From: Eledone cirrhosa
Taxonomy: Eukaryota
Length of the DNA stretch: 64,000 bases
Direction: 5' to 3'
Assembly (NCBI GenBank): GCA_964016885.1
Contig: OZ024741.1
Location: 222,890,001 to 222,954,000 of the forward strand
Shown: piece after piece, positions 45,901 through 58,742 of the stretch
Numbering within the stretch: position 1 is the first letter of the stretch
Layout: every line of letters starts with the position of its first letter
The notes under the pieces: generated by a model
The model's database searches: none
Told to the model about the DNA's origin: nothing
The model's input: only the letters and a program-made list of their open reading frames with translations
Program-made: the position numbers and the translations under genes

Positions 45901-46519
45901 GTTCTCTTATTCAATCTCTTGCTTTCAACTACTCTGAGTGGCCAGAAATAAACAAAAATTCGAGAAACTTATTAAAATTTTATAAAATGGATGAAATGGT
46001 AAAAAAAAAAAGCATGTAATGGAATAGTGAAACAAAAAACTATATTCCAAACGGCACTCAAAACATTTAAAATATCTTCGTCTTTGCCCTCTTATTCCTG
46101 AGAGGGTTGTGGGGGAAGAGTCCTCAAACACTCCGTTCAGTGGGTCCTGTCAGAAGCAACCATCTCCAACTGATCTGGTTGGATCCCCAAGCGTGACCAG
46201 CCAAGCTCATGGATGCTATCTGGGTCTGTTGCTGATTGGTTTTGCCCGTAAAATCTGTCAAGCTATTCTTTCCTGAGACATTCTAACCACATGCCCATAG
46301 TATCGGAGTTGTGATCTCTCAATTCGGAGAATTAGCATTTTAAACATCAAAATATTAAAATTTCATAAATATATTTTATACTCATGCGAATTTCAAAACC
46401 ACGCCATCTAAATATGTTTAGCTGCCAAGACTTATAAACGATGTTTGAATTTTTGTTCATTTCTCAGACATAAAATAGGGGGTTGGCTTATATTTGAGTA
46501 TATGTGGCATATCATTCAA

Positions 46520-46900
46520 AATGGGACAATAGTGAGAATTGGTGGGAAGAGACCAGATGGTCTTACCCTTTGTCTACGGGTAAGAGGTAGATGTCTCATT
46601 TGGGACACCACAGTTAGTAACTCTTGCACCTTCCTACATTCTGGATGCTGTGGTAAATGTGAAGGTGACTGCTTCTGTAACCGAATGGAATAAAATTCTA
46701 AAGTACCAGGAATTATCAGTTCGTTATTTCTTCCAGCCTGTGGCGTTCAAGACGTTTGTGGGAGCTGACAGTAAAGTTTTTGTCATCGTTAGCAGCTCGT
46801 CTTACCGAAATATTAGGTGATGCCCGTGATGGTGCTTGATTGTTTTTGGTGCCTTGGCCTTAAAATATATTACGATGTCCCTTGTGGTATGTGACCGCTC
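46520..46900 (+). mobile_element. Restriction-like endonuclease relic of a CRE/R2-group retrotransposon
   Basis: GKRPDGLTL...GRCLIWDTTV motif. Confidence 0.65.
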
Positions 46901-47379
46901 GACGAACTTGATGTTTCTTTTTTTTTACTTTGATTGTATATTTTTGTGTCTTATATTCATAACGTTGCATGAATTCTATTTTTTTTAAACTTTGTTTCAA
47001 TTCAATTTTTAACATTAAATATTGTATTTTTTGGAGAGATTTTTTTCGTGTTATTTTAAAAGCTAATTTCAAATACATTAATTTCTATAAAACAGACACG
47101 TTAATATATATGTTTATATTCAAAGAAGGAAAGTATTATTCTATAAGGATTTCGTTTGTAACAATAATATCCAGTAATGTAAGTATTTAAAGCAGGAAAG
47201 TAGTCGATAGTGAGTGTAAACTGCGTTATGCAGTATTGCCAACACTATCGGAAATAAACAAAATGATTGTCAAGTCAAGTTTGGAACATAGCTTTGCTCA
47301 ATCTTGTAATAACGATGTCAGCTGCAAGGGAGGTAACTCTAAAACAAATTTCAATAATTGAACGAGACTTGAACGTGAT

Positions 47380-47563
47380 TTTAACGGACGGAGAAGAAAA
47401 TACGCCACGTTCACTGAATATTGTTGTCAACCTGCTTACTGTCGCGTTATTACTCTCCCAATAAGTATTGTCTTTCGGCAGTAATCTGTCAAGCTAAAGA
47501 AAGAAAGCCTAAGTGGAAGGCGAATATCTGAGTATATATATTTTGGGAATTGCTTAAAAAAAG
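47380..47563 (+). promoter_or_regulatory. Candidate COPB1 promoter / non-coding first exon
   Basis: Unique, relatively CpG-rich segment ending in a strong donor AAG|GTAAGC at 47564; start coordinate approximate. Confidence 0.4.
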
Positions 47564-48520
47564 GTAAGCCGCATCTGTTTCTTTGCTAACACTTTCACAC
47601 ACCCTCACACGCGTAATTTACCAGAGGCCGGAGCTAATTAACACGTTACTGTCAGGAACCACTTACAAACAAACTCAGTGACCCATTCCTCAGCAACAGT
47701 GCGATAATAAACATTACCTATGCCACCGAAATTCGCCGACTTCGATTACATTACATACACATACTGCGAATCAACAAGAGGCTACGTGGTCCTTCAACTT
47801 TTTAGAAATAGCAGCTAAATATTTCAAATTACACTGCCATCTTATAAAAGTGGTGACAAATTAGATAATGTAAGCCTATGCCTGGGTCCGGCTTGAATAC
47901 ATTTAATCATTGCTTTATCGAGGCCACAAAATTAATGGTTCTAGAAGTGACAGAACTTCGGTTAACATCATTCATGACGCCCATTGTTATGAAATCAAAT
48001 TTTTATACTTCTTTACTGCTTGCCGTATATGGCTAGATTTTTTTTAAATGTCAGTATACCACGTCATACTATTGAAAACATTACTGTTAAGCCATCCTCT
48101 AGTTTGACATCTATTTGTTTAATATATATATATAAATGTCAAATGTTAGTTTAAATAATGTTCAAAATCTGCTGTTGAAGATCTATCATTTTATAGATAT
48201 TAAATAAGTATCCTCTGTAAATACAAACAATATATTTAACATGTTTCTGACTATGTTGAGTAAAGTTTTTTCTGAATAATGGTTAAAGAAATTAATACTT
48301 TTATTAAAATATCTTATACATATAAACACAATTTATATAGTAAATATGGTTTACAAAAGTAACAAATTAATTTTTAAAAAATTAATCAGAGAAGAAATAT
48401 ATATATATATATATATATATATAGCAAAGTAGTAGTGCTGGTGCCACGAAAAAACGAACCTGATACATACTGTGAAGTGGTTGTCATCAAGAAAGGCATC
48501 CAGCCGTAGAACTCTGATAC

Positions 48521-48935
48521 ATTGAAGCTCCGACGCCTGGCAACTGACTCGGTAAACACCCACAAAATTGTTAACCATCTTGCCAACAACAACCCTGAGT
48601 ATCTTTTTGATTTCCATGTGTCTAACACACGTGGGCATGCCCACAAAGTCAGAAAACAGCACAGTTCCCATGACTTTCGGAAACACTTTTTCACGCTCAG
48701 AGTTGCTGAAGCATGGAACAAACTACCTGCATCAATTGTTAGCTGTCGAGACACTGCATCCTTTAAAACTTCCATGCTTCCCGAGATTCGCCAACACTAC
48801 ACCTAATGTTCCCCCTCCATACACATACACACATGTATATCATGACTCATACACTATTAACTTCCCTGACATTTGTATATTATTCTATGTACTATACATG
48901 TAGCTGAGCACGTTACACAATAATTTCATTATTAT
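48521..48935 (+). mobile_element. CR1-group LINE 3' fragment
   Basis: LRRL..D...HKI...NTRGHAHKV...RKHFFTLRVAEAWNKLP; ATT-rich tail. Confidence 0.85.
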
Positions 48936-49261
48936 TTTATTTTAAAACGGAACATAGAGCAAGACAATCATCTGACCTGTTAACCCATGCGAGCATGGCA
49001 CATAGACATATATATCATCATCATCAACATGATTTAACGTCCATTTTCCACGTTAGCATGGGTTAGACAGGTTCTATTTGAGGTAAGCTGGGTCAATTGA
49101 TCGAGTCTTACTCATATATGACTGTTTCTGGCTAGGTTTCTACGGCTGGATGCCCTTCCTAACGCCAGCCACATTTACAGTGTGTGCTGAGTGCTTTTTG
49201 TTGTGACACCTACACGACCATTTTACAGTGTGGGCTGGGAGCTTTTTGGCATATATATATA

Positions 49262-49880
49262 TCATCATCATCATTTTACGTCCGCATTTCCCTGCTTGCA
49301 AGAGTGGGACAGGTCCTATTCAGCACAGCATCTCTCCACTTGTCACGGACCTTCGTCATCTCCACCGTGAGCTTCAGCGATCTGAGGTTTGCTCTCACCA
49401 CCTCCGCCCATGTTTTCCGTGGTCCACCTCTACCACGTCTCCCTTCAACTGGCATTTCCTCGCACTTCTTCACTGATCGGTCATCCTCCATGCACATCAT
49501 ATGTCCATACCATCGCAGTCTCCCCTCCCGCACACTACAATCTGTCTCTCTCAACACATCCATGCTCGGTCGTTCACGCACATTGACATTGCACATCCAA
49601 CGGAGTATGCTTGCCTCATTTCTCTCCAGCCGTCGCATATCCTCTGCAGTTGCTGCCCATGTCTCACTACCATGCAGCATCGCGCTCCTCACACAAGCAT
49701 CATATAACCGGCCTTTCGTACGCAGAGAGAAACCCTTCGTCAGCAGAGGAAGCAGCTCCCTAAACTTCTTGCAACCCGTCCTTATTCTAGATACTATGGT
49801 CTCGGAACACCCCCTCCCATGCTAATCTGATCACCTAGGTACCGGAAGCTATCAACCACTTCTATAGCACCCACCTGCAT
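49262..49880 (-). mobile_element. RTE 3' fragment
   Basis: RSAMLHGSETWA...LRWYGHM...GPRKTW; (GAT)n tail. Confidence 0.88.
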
Positions 49881-49925
49881 TTGAAAAATGTATACATATA
49901 TATATATATATATATATAAGCATGC

Positions 49926-50206
49926 AGTACAAGTCGACAGGTTGTAATTCACTTTGTTTATTCATAATCGCTTTTATATATATTTTGATAACTGTTATGC
50001 AACAGCAATGACCTCATCAGATTGCAAAAAGTTGAACAGAGAAAACAGAAAAACATAAATAAAAAATAAAGCTTACTTCTGTTGTTTCGATTGATGTTTT
50101 CTGTTCAACTTCTAGCTGTCTGATGATGTCATACCAGTTAGCACCAAAATTTATATAACACTGATTATGGATAAACGAAGTGAATTATAACCTGTTAACT
50201 TGTACT
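49926..50206. repeat. Diverged inverted repeat with CTGATGA in both arms
   Basis: Arms ~49926-50046 and ~50096-50206. Confidence 0.75.
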
Positions 50207-50309
50207 ACTTGTTTATAAATATACTCAGGAGTAAACAGACCCACTTGTGTACTTTGCCGTGTGCATACTAAAGTGTCTGTGATAAACTAACACCTACTCT
50301 AATTAATGT

Positions 50310-50341
<32 letters not shown>

Positions 50342-51028
50342 ATTCCACAACAATTACTGAACTATATGTGTTTTACCTAAAATAGGATTTTCAACCTGTA
50401 TATGGTTGTCGTGAGAATGATATAAAAAAGTGCAAGGTGATCAAAATTGATGGAAGCTACGGAGGAGGGGATAAATACTGACCTGGGACGAGGTGATAAA
50501 AGCTGACCTTGCACACTTGCACCTCTCTAAGACAATGACACAGGATCAAGATCTTTGGCGCTATGCAGTAATAGAGAAGGCCGCCTTCTCTTGCACACGG
50601 ACTTAATCTTACATTCAGTAGGCACCCCTTAATCCAATATCTCCCTCCCACTTCCACCCACACCACCCTTACTCTGTAAAGTTATGTTGGTTCTACAAAA
50701 CATTCAGCCCACACTGTAAAATGGTCATGTAGGTGTCACGACAAAAAGCACCCACTCCACATTGTAAAGTGGTTGTGTAGGAGACACGGCAAAAAGCACC
50801 CAGCACACACTGTAAATGAGGTTGGTGTTAGGAAGGGCATCCAGCCAGAAACAGTCCTATATGAGGGAGACACAGTCACCTGACTCAACTTGCCTCAAAA
50901 GGGACAAACCCATTTAACCCATGCATCATGATCTGAAGGCATAAGCTGGCCATATACTGGAATCAGCCTACTTTTTTTTCATTGAAGTATTTATCTATTT
51001 GATCTTCACACTTGTCATAGATATATAT

Positions 51029-51440
51029 GGCACATGGCTTAGTGGTTAGAGCATTGGGCTTGCAATCGAAAGGTTGTGAGTTCAATTCTTTGATCGGGTG
51101 ATGTGTTGTTTCCTTGAGCAAGACCCTTTATTTCACATTGCTTCAATTTACTCAGCTGTAGAAATGAGATGATAGGACTGGAGTCCCTATCATTCCACTG
51201 CAAAGTGGTCGTGGAGGTGCCACGGCAAAAAAGTACCCAGCCCACACTGTAAAGTGGACATGTAGGGGCCACGGAAAAAAAAGCATCCAGCACTCACTGT
51301 AAATGAGGTTGGTGTTAGGAAGGGCATCCAGCTGTAGAAATCAAGCCAGAATCAGTTCCCGTATGAGCAAGACAAGGTCAGCTGACCTGACACTGCTCAC
51401 AACAGGACAACCTGTCTAACCCATGCTAGCGTGGAAGAAC
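51029..51440 (+). mobile_element. tRNA-derived SINE with RTE 3' tail (second copy ~56357-56671)
   Basis: A/B boxes TGGCTTAGTGG / GAGTTCAATTC, CCTTGAGCAAG core, then sequence shared with the RTE 3' UTR. Confidence 0.8.
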
Positions 51441-51639
51441 CTACAACCATACACGGGTTGAAAATCCTATTTTAGGTATAACATGTATCTTCAAGTATAG
51501 CTTAGTAATTGTTGTGGAATTAACTATATATATCATCATCATCATCATCATTAGCGTCCGTGTTCCACGCTTGCATGGGTTTGGACGGGGGTTTTCCCAC
51601 TTGAGGCAAGAGTGGTTGTCTTGCTCGCATAGGACTGTC

Positions 51640-51672
<33 letters not shown>

Positions 51673-51679
<7 letters not shown>

Positions 51680-51987
51680 TAAAAGGAATTCCAACTTTGT
51701 TTGATTTACTCGTTTTATTTACAATCCTTTAACATTTATAATGGTATTAGAATGAAATAGTATGGTAGAATATTAAATGTTAAGTTTGCAATTTTCAACA
51801 GTTGAAAATTGCAAACTTGACTGTCACCACACATTATGGACCTGAAGATTGCGAAAGCATGAAAGTACTTGTTCAATTAACACTTAATATTCTACCATAC
51901 TATTTCATTCTAATACCATTATAAATTTTAAAGGATTGTAAATAAAACGAGTAATCAGACAAAGTTGGAATTCCTTTTATTAATATA
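51673..51987. repeat. Fold-back element with inner hairpin and hammerhead
   Basis: Arms 51673-51783 and 51877-51987; perfect hairpin at 51782-51818. Confidence 0.9.
51837..51875 (+). ncRNA. Minimal type-I hammerhead ribozyme motif
   Basis: UGGAC CUGAAGA UUGC-GAAA-GCAU GAAA GUAC UU GUUCA; palindromic GUAC in place of helix III. Confidence 0.7.
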
Positions 51988-51989
51988 AT

Positions 51990-52625
51990 CTTCTATACAC
52001 AATCATACACACCCGTGTCGAACAACTGCTGTCAAGGGTGGGACCGATCCGGTTGACCACCGAGTCTATTGAAACGATCAAGCCGCCTCCCCTCTTCAAA
52101 AACGAAGGAGAGGCGGTGTTTCTGTGTGTAATAGCCATGGCAAAAGAGGTTGTATGGTGGACGCGTCTGAAAGGACTGAGGTCAGACACCTTTCTCTCTG
52201 GCCAACAACTGGTCCGTTTCTTCCGATATCATTTCGGAAGAAGGATCAGGATGGAGAGAGAGAGATGCTGCACCCCAGCCGTTTTTATGAAAGATGGGTG
52301 AAAGTGGCGAGAATGGCCCGTGTGAATGGGCCTTCACTCTACATCAGACTATAGGTGAGGAAGATGAAAGATCAAGGGAGCACCCCCTCTCTGTGCTCGT
52401 GAGGAGAAGAGTTGCACACTTTTTTTCGGGGGTGCATGCGACCCCCCCCCCCCCCAAGGCGCCTCCTCCCTATTGAGGATTTTGTTATTAAATTTATTTT
52501 TGTTATATTTTATTTTATTTTTATATCTTGTTATTGCCTCCTCCTTATTGAGGACGCCTTTTTATGTAAACTCCCCCCATTGTACTTGTCCCACTTTTTT
52601 ATGCCCTGGTGGCAAATAAAAAGAA
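51990..52625 (+). mobile_element. Tx1/L1-like LINE 3' fragment
   Basis: AMAKEVVWWTR...FFRYH...IRMERE...FYERW, then pyrimidine-rich UTR and AATAAA. Confidence 0.55.
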
Positions 52626-53009
52626 AGTTATATATATATATGCACAACACGTATATATTTACATACATGCATATTGATAAGGAATGAAACTGACATCTAT
52701 GTAAGATATTCTTTTTAAAAAGTATAAGAATGATAGAATGAAATAACTAGACAATAACTTCAAAAACTTTTCTGTATATTGCTATGCTTCACCTCCATCA
52801 CCTTGTTTAAATCTATTTCTCACTTTCATCCTCCAAAGTTTTCCCTCTCCACATACTTCCTGTCTAATTTTAGCTATCTCTCTCTTTCTTTTCTCTCTAT
52901 ACTCACTAATGATACTCTTTCTCTTTATAGTTCTCCAACTCCCATGCCTACTATCACTTTGATCCTCCTCACATACATGCAAAGTCACAAATATATCACC
53001 CCCTCTCTC

Positions 53010-53046
<37 letters not shown>

Positions 53047-53251
53047 ATATATATACATTATTATATTTGGGGAGGGTCATATCGTTATAATATTGCCAGA
53101 AATAATAACAGAACACACTCACTGTTTGGTTTCAATTGGATTTTGCTCTGTATCTTTTATATCTCCATAGTTAATTTATCTGGCAATCAATGTTTATCAT
53201 TGATTGACCAACAGTTAAAAATACAAATATATATATATATATAGTCTAGTC

Positions 53252-53295
53252 TATCAAAGTTCTTTCGTCACACATCTGTGACATCATCAGTGGTA
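53252..53295 (-). ncRNA. Minimal type-I hammerhead ribozyme motif
   Basis: UACCA CUGAUGA U GUCACA-GAUG-UGUGAC GAAA GAAC UU UGAUA; same family as 2028-2072. Confidence 0.6.
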
Positions 53296-53378
53296 CTATT
53301 ATGTTTCCTCTCATTGTTTTGTAATGCCTGCGCCATTGTTATTTAATTTATATATATATATATATAGTATAATTAATA

Positions 53379-53572
53379 TTTCATACACATAACATGTATG
53401 CGCAACCTTGGGTTTCGGGGTCCAGTTATGGCTACCACTGTATAGTAGAGGAGCTATTTCAATACTGGCCTCTCATTTTGTCCTGGTACCCAATAAGAGG
53501 CCAGTTTTGAAACAGTGAATACAGTGGTGGCCCTGAAACCTAAGGACATGCATACATGTTAAGTGTATGAAA
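53379..53572. repeat. Fold-back MITE-like element
   Basis: TTTCATACAC.TAACATGTATG...CATACATGTTA.GTGTATGAAA with nested internal complementarity. Confidence 0.65.
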
Positions 53573-53646
53573 TAAAAAATATACTAAATAAGCTCTCTTG
53601 CAATAGATAGAACATTGTTTTCCTTGACCTTTTATCTATGGATATT

Positions 53647-53649
<3 letters not shown>

Positions 53650-53713
<64 letters not shown>
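53650..53713. repeat. (CA)n microsatellite
   Basis: Direct observation. Confidence 0.98.
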
Positions 53714-53714
<1 letters not shown>

Positions 53715-54597
53715 CTCTTCTCTATATATATAAAACAGAGGATGTCTGTCTGTGTAAATCCCTAAAACTCGAAGTACCCAACCGATTTTTTTTCAAACTT
53801 TGCACATGCGTTACTTATATTTCTTGAAGCACAATGGGATAAAAAAAATTCTAATTCTTTCTGCCCTAGGGCCCACATTAGGCGAAAAACCGCATTTTAA
53901 AGGCATTTTTAGGCTTTTTTGAAGCGTAACTTAAAGATAATCCAGCCGAAATTTGTAGCACACATTAGTTAGTCCCCTCACATTGCTGTGGACAAAAAAT
54001 ATTTCCGATTCCATTAATGGTTTCTAGGAAATTTACGAATTAGCATTGGGCTTACATGTCATTTTCATTTTCAATATAAATGTTACTTAAACATCGTAAG
54101 TAGCTTATAATATTTCGTTAAAAATTTGGTTTATTTAACAGAGAGCACAACACTTACTTTTAAGCAGGACCATTTTGGGGGGATTGAGGAAATGAAGAGA
54201 ACCTTAAAACTTTTGTCGGCGCCTTGTTGACGCTTCGTGCTTTCATCACACGCAAATCCGGGCCTTGTGTACGTTGCCGTGTTATTGACACCATAAAACT
54301 CACGTCTGTGCTACTTCTTCTAAGACCCCTTTTATTGCACCTATACCGCAGTATGAACGTCCTGTGCAACTACGCCGAACAGCGGTTGTGCTAATTCTGC
54401 GGTGACCCCTTTTGTCGCACGCTGATTTCGTCATCTCAATATCCCTACTTGTTTTTCACACAATTGACTACGTCGCTCCGCAATCATTCCCTAAGAATAA
54501 GGGAATTCAAGAAGTATACAGCTACATTCCTCAATCTTTGCATATGCATGTTGCTCTTTCACGTTTCTTACCCCGTGCAACCCAGGTCCTGCTGCTA

Positions 54598-54598
<1 letters not shown>
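53714..54598 (+). mobile_element. Non-autonomous Helitron
   Basis: TC..TCTATATATATAAAACAGAGGATGTCTGTCTG start, GCTGCTAG|T end; same family as the two above. Confidence 0.7.
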
Positions 54599-54652
<54 letters not shown>

Positions 54653-54771
54653 ATGTGTGTAAAAACATGTTTTTATATAAGTTGTATAAGTTTCATATAA
54701 GTTATATGAGTTTTATATAAGCTCAAAGTTATCAAGGTTTTATTGATGTTGATTAATTTCAGAAGAAAGAC

Positions 54772-54862
54772 ATGTCGCTTGCAGAGCAGGCATCGTACAC
54801 TCTCATCAATGTACCAACAGATGCAGAACCACCTTCTGAAATGCAGCTGAAGCATGACTTGG
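54772..54862 (+). CDS. COPB1: Coatomer subunit beta, first coding exon
   Basis: MSLAEQASYTLINVPTDAEPPSEMQLKHDL|gtaag matches the beta-COP N-terminus; the acceptor tttcag ending at 54762 implies an upstream UTR exon. Confidence 0.93.
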
Positions 54863-54919
54863 GTAAGATTTTTTCTCTAATTTTCTTTACGAATTAATTT
54901 CGCTTGTGATATGTTTCAG

Positions 54920-54962
<43 letters not shown>

Positions 54963-55119
54963 ATACTTGGGAAGGGTCATATTTGCGTAATATTGCCAGA
55001 ATTAATAACAGAACACACTGTTTGGTTGGTTTTCGCTTCTCGCTGTCTTTTATATCTGCGATCTAACTTACTCGGTCCTCAATTTCATATACAATTTCAT
55101 ATAAAAAAACCTCGCTAAA

Positions 55120-55172
<53 letters not shown>

Positions 55173-56120
55173 TAAAGGTTAATTAGTCTCTAATTCTTGA
55201 ACATCATCTCAATGAGAGGAATCTGTCAGAGAAGTAATAATCTATATACTACTAAAACTCTGTAATTGCTTCCTTGCTTGCTTGTCTGTAGCCAAAAGGG
55301 CGCATAATGGGAAAATACTTTGAATGGAAGTTGACACTGAAATGGGAATACAAATAGAATAAAACAAGTTTCACGTAAACCGGAGCACAGATTTCCAAGA
55401 TATGTGATTTTTCCGGGTACCTTCATAAACAGAGAGATAGAAAGAGATAGTGGTTGTGAGAGAGTAGATTGAAAGAGAGACATAAAGAGAGGGAGAGGAG
55501 AATGGAAGAAAGACAGAGAGAGAGCTGGTGGTGTTGTGTGTGTATATATATATATATATATGAGTCTGTGTGTGAATATATATATATGTGTGTGTGTCTA
55601 TGACCAGTGTATATAGATCACACATACAAATACATACATACATACAAAGAGAAAACATGCTGACTATAATTATAGCAAGTGGAAGGTAAAGTTCTGTTGT
55701 AGTAGTATTTTGAAATGTTCTTGGTTTTAGGATCAAGTGATGACAGCAGCTGAGAAGAGATAAGTTTATGGGTTGATGAGGTACTTACAGACATTAGTGT
55801 GGTATAGAACTAAGAAGGCTAGAATGTACTTAATGATTATATTTCTGTGGTGATTCGTGCAGAGTATTATTACTCCAAGTGTTTACAACATAGGAATTAC
55901 AGCGTACTCGCAGCAGCACTAAGGAAACGCCTTGTTGAGTCAAACTTAGCCAAGCGTTGTAACTGGACTACACCTAAGTGGACTGTATATAACTATTATT
56001 TGTTACCCATATATATATATATATATACACATATATATATACTATCCGGGAGCTTCCAACAGTAATGGTTGCATTCCTTAAGGGTATGTCAATATTTATT
56101 TATAAAACTGCTCTATATTA

Positions 56121-56185
56121 TATTTTATCTGATGAAAGCACACCATAATTTAACTTGGTGTCCTTGAAATATGTATAATGAAATA
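56121..56185 (+). ncRNA. Type-I hammerhead ribozyme motif
   Basis: UAUUUUAU CUGAUGA AAGCACACCA-loop-UGGUGUCCUU GAAA UAUGUA UA AUGAAAUA; covaries with 40821-40886. Confidence 0.65.
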
Positions 56186-56759
56186 AATATGGCTTTATAA
56201 ATATAGTTTCCATTTGTTAATATCGTATATACATATATATATATATGTATATATATACATATATATATGTATATATATACATATATATACATATATATAC
56301 ATATATATATACATATATATATACATATATATATATACATATATATACATATATATAGAGCATTGGCCTTGCAATCAAAAGGTTGTGAGTTCAATTCTCA
56401 GACTGGGTGATGTGTTGTTTCCTTGAGCAAGACACTGTATTTCACATTGCTCCAGTTTACTCAGCTGTAGAAATGAGATGATAGGGACTGGGGTCCCTAT
56501 CATTCCACTGCAAAGTGGTCGTGGAGGTGCCACGGCAAAAAAGCACCCATCACTCACTGTAAATGAGGTTGGTGTTAGGAAGGGCATCCAGCTGTAGAAA
56601 TCAAGCCAGAATCAGTTCCCATCCCACCCTTGCAAGCAGGGAAAAAGCGGACGTAAAATGATGATGATGATAGTAATAATAATAAATTTGAAGACTAAAA
56701 TCCAAAGAGTTAAGGGTGAAAGCAGCGATTCTTTGCTTAAACTTTAATCTGTTATTTTA

Positions 56760-56802
<43 letters not shown>

Positions 56803-56809
56803 TAGTAAG

Positions 56810-57004
56810 AAACACAGTAAACCGTGTGTCTAAAATTACAAGGGTTGAAAAACCACATTTGTTTGAAATATTTAACCAAGAAGCAATAATAATATATTTT
56901 TATTTCATCATTCTGTCTGCTTCTTGGTTAAATATTTCAAACAAATGTGGTTTTTCAACCCTTGTAATTTTAGACACACGGTTTACTGTGTTTCTTACTA
57001 TATA
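56810..57004. repeat. Inverted repeat (~75-bp arms)
   Basis: ATAGTAAGAAACACAGTAAACCG...AAGAAGCA and its reverse complement. Confidence 0.9.
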
Positions 57005-57080
57005 TTATTAATCGGCTCAGTATTTTTATACTTGGAGCTTAATAGTTACAGGGTTCCAATTGAGTTTTAACTCTAATTTT

Positions 57081-57587
<507 letters not shown>

Positions 57588-58742
57588 GGGCCTTCAAGTT
57601 TCATTTCACATTATATACATGTCTGTGTATATTTTAATTATCTGAAAATTATTTTTAAGTGAACATGATTTTTTTAAAATATTTAAAGTGAACAGGTGGT
57701 CTAGTATATATTAAAATTGAGAAAAAACCCTATTTATGGGAGTACAAACAAGATAAACAAGAATAATATTCTATCTAAACTTGCTTATATATAGATCTCC
57801 CTACCATGGTTTCATATGGGGAAGAATTCTTATTGGAACCACCAATAATTGAATAATCTGCCATACTCTCCAATGGAGAATATGGCAGATTCTTCAAAAT
57901 CTAAGAGAAATTGACCAAGAAATCATACAAACTATTTTATTTGCCATGGTAACATGCTGGAATAAAAATACACTTAGTTTTACATGATCAAAAATCTCCT
58001 AACATATTAGGACTATGTAACATGTATAATGTCGGTAGAAATAGCAGCCAAAAGACTGCCTAGAACAACTTTACAAATTAAGGAGCAGTTTAATAATAAT
58101 TAAAGGTTAATTAGTCTCTAATAATTAAACATCTCAATGAGAGGAATCTCTCAGAGAAGCAATATTATATATTAAAATTGAGAAAAAACTAAATATATAA
58201 TTCTATCTCTCTGTCTGTCTTTTCCTTATGCATTCCCAAACGGCTTGACCAAATCAAACCATTAGACCCCGGGAGTGACAACATATAATTTTTATTTTCA
58301 TTTGGATTAAAATAATATAACATTTTATCTAAAATATTCTATTATAGATATTTTATAACACGAAGACGATGTCACATTTTGTATATGAGTGTGTATGTGT
58401 CTGTGAGTGTGTGTTTGCATGTTCGTTATGTACATTACACCTCAGTAAGTTACATACACACACATCTTCATGTAAATACTTAATCAGATTAACAGAATTG
58501 GATGCTGGATTATACACACACATACGTATGCACGTACACACTCACACACATTTATATATAATTATCTATATCTACATATAATATAAAATATTGGAACTTC
58601 CATCATCCTTTTGAGAAACGTGAACCTGCTACTTCTATGCAATGGCACACACTTTAAAGCCAGGAGGATGATGAACTATCTCCTAGAGGTCACTATTCTT
58701 GGAGGCAATCATCAAGGAGAAAAAGCATTTATTCCCAAGATT

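Noticed and set aside
51029-51100. tRNA gene
   Set aside because: SINE head: A/B boxes but no complete cloverleaf, and it continues into the SINE core
55846-56061. Possible solo LTR (TG...CA)
   Set aside because: No TSD and no second copy in the window
57794-57905. Minus-strand hammerhead-like motif (TTGAAGA...GAAA CCATGG TA) with a hairpin at ~57855-57891
   Set aside because: C3 is missing, and stems I and II cannot be closed convincingly
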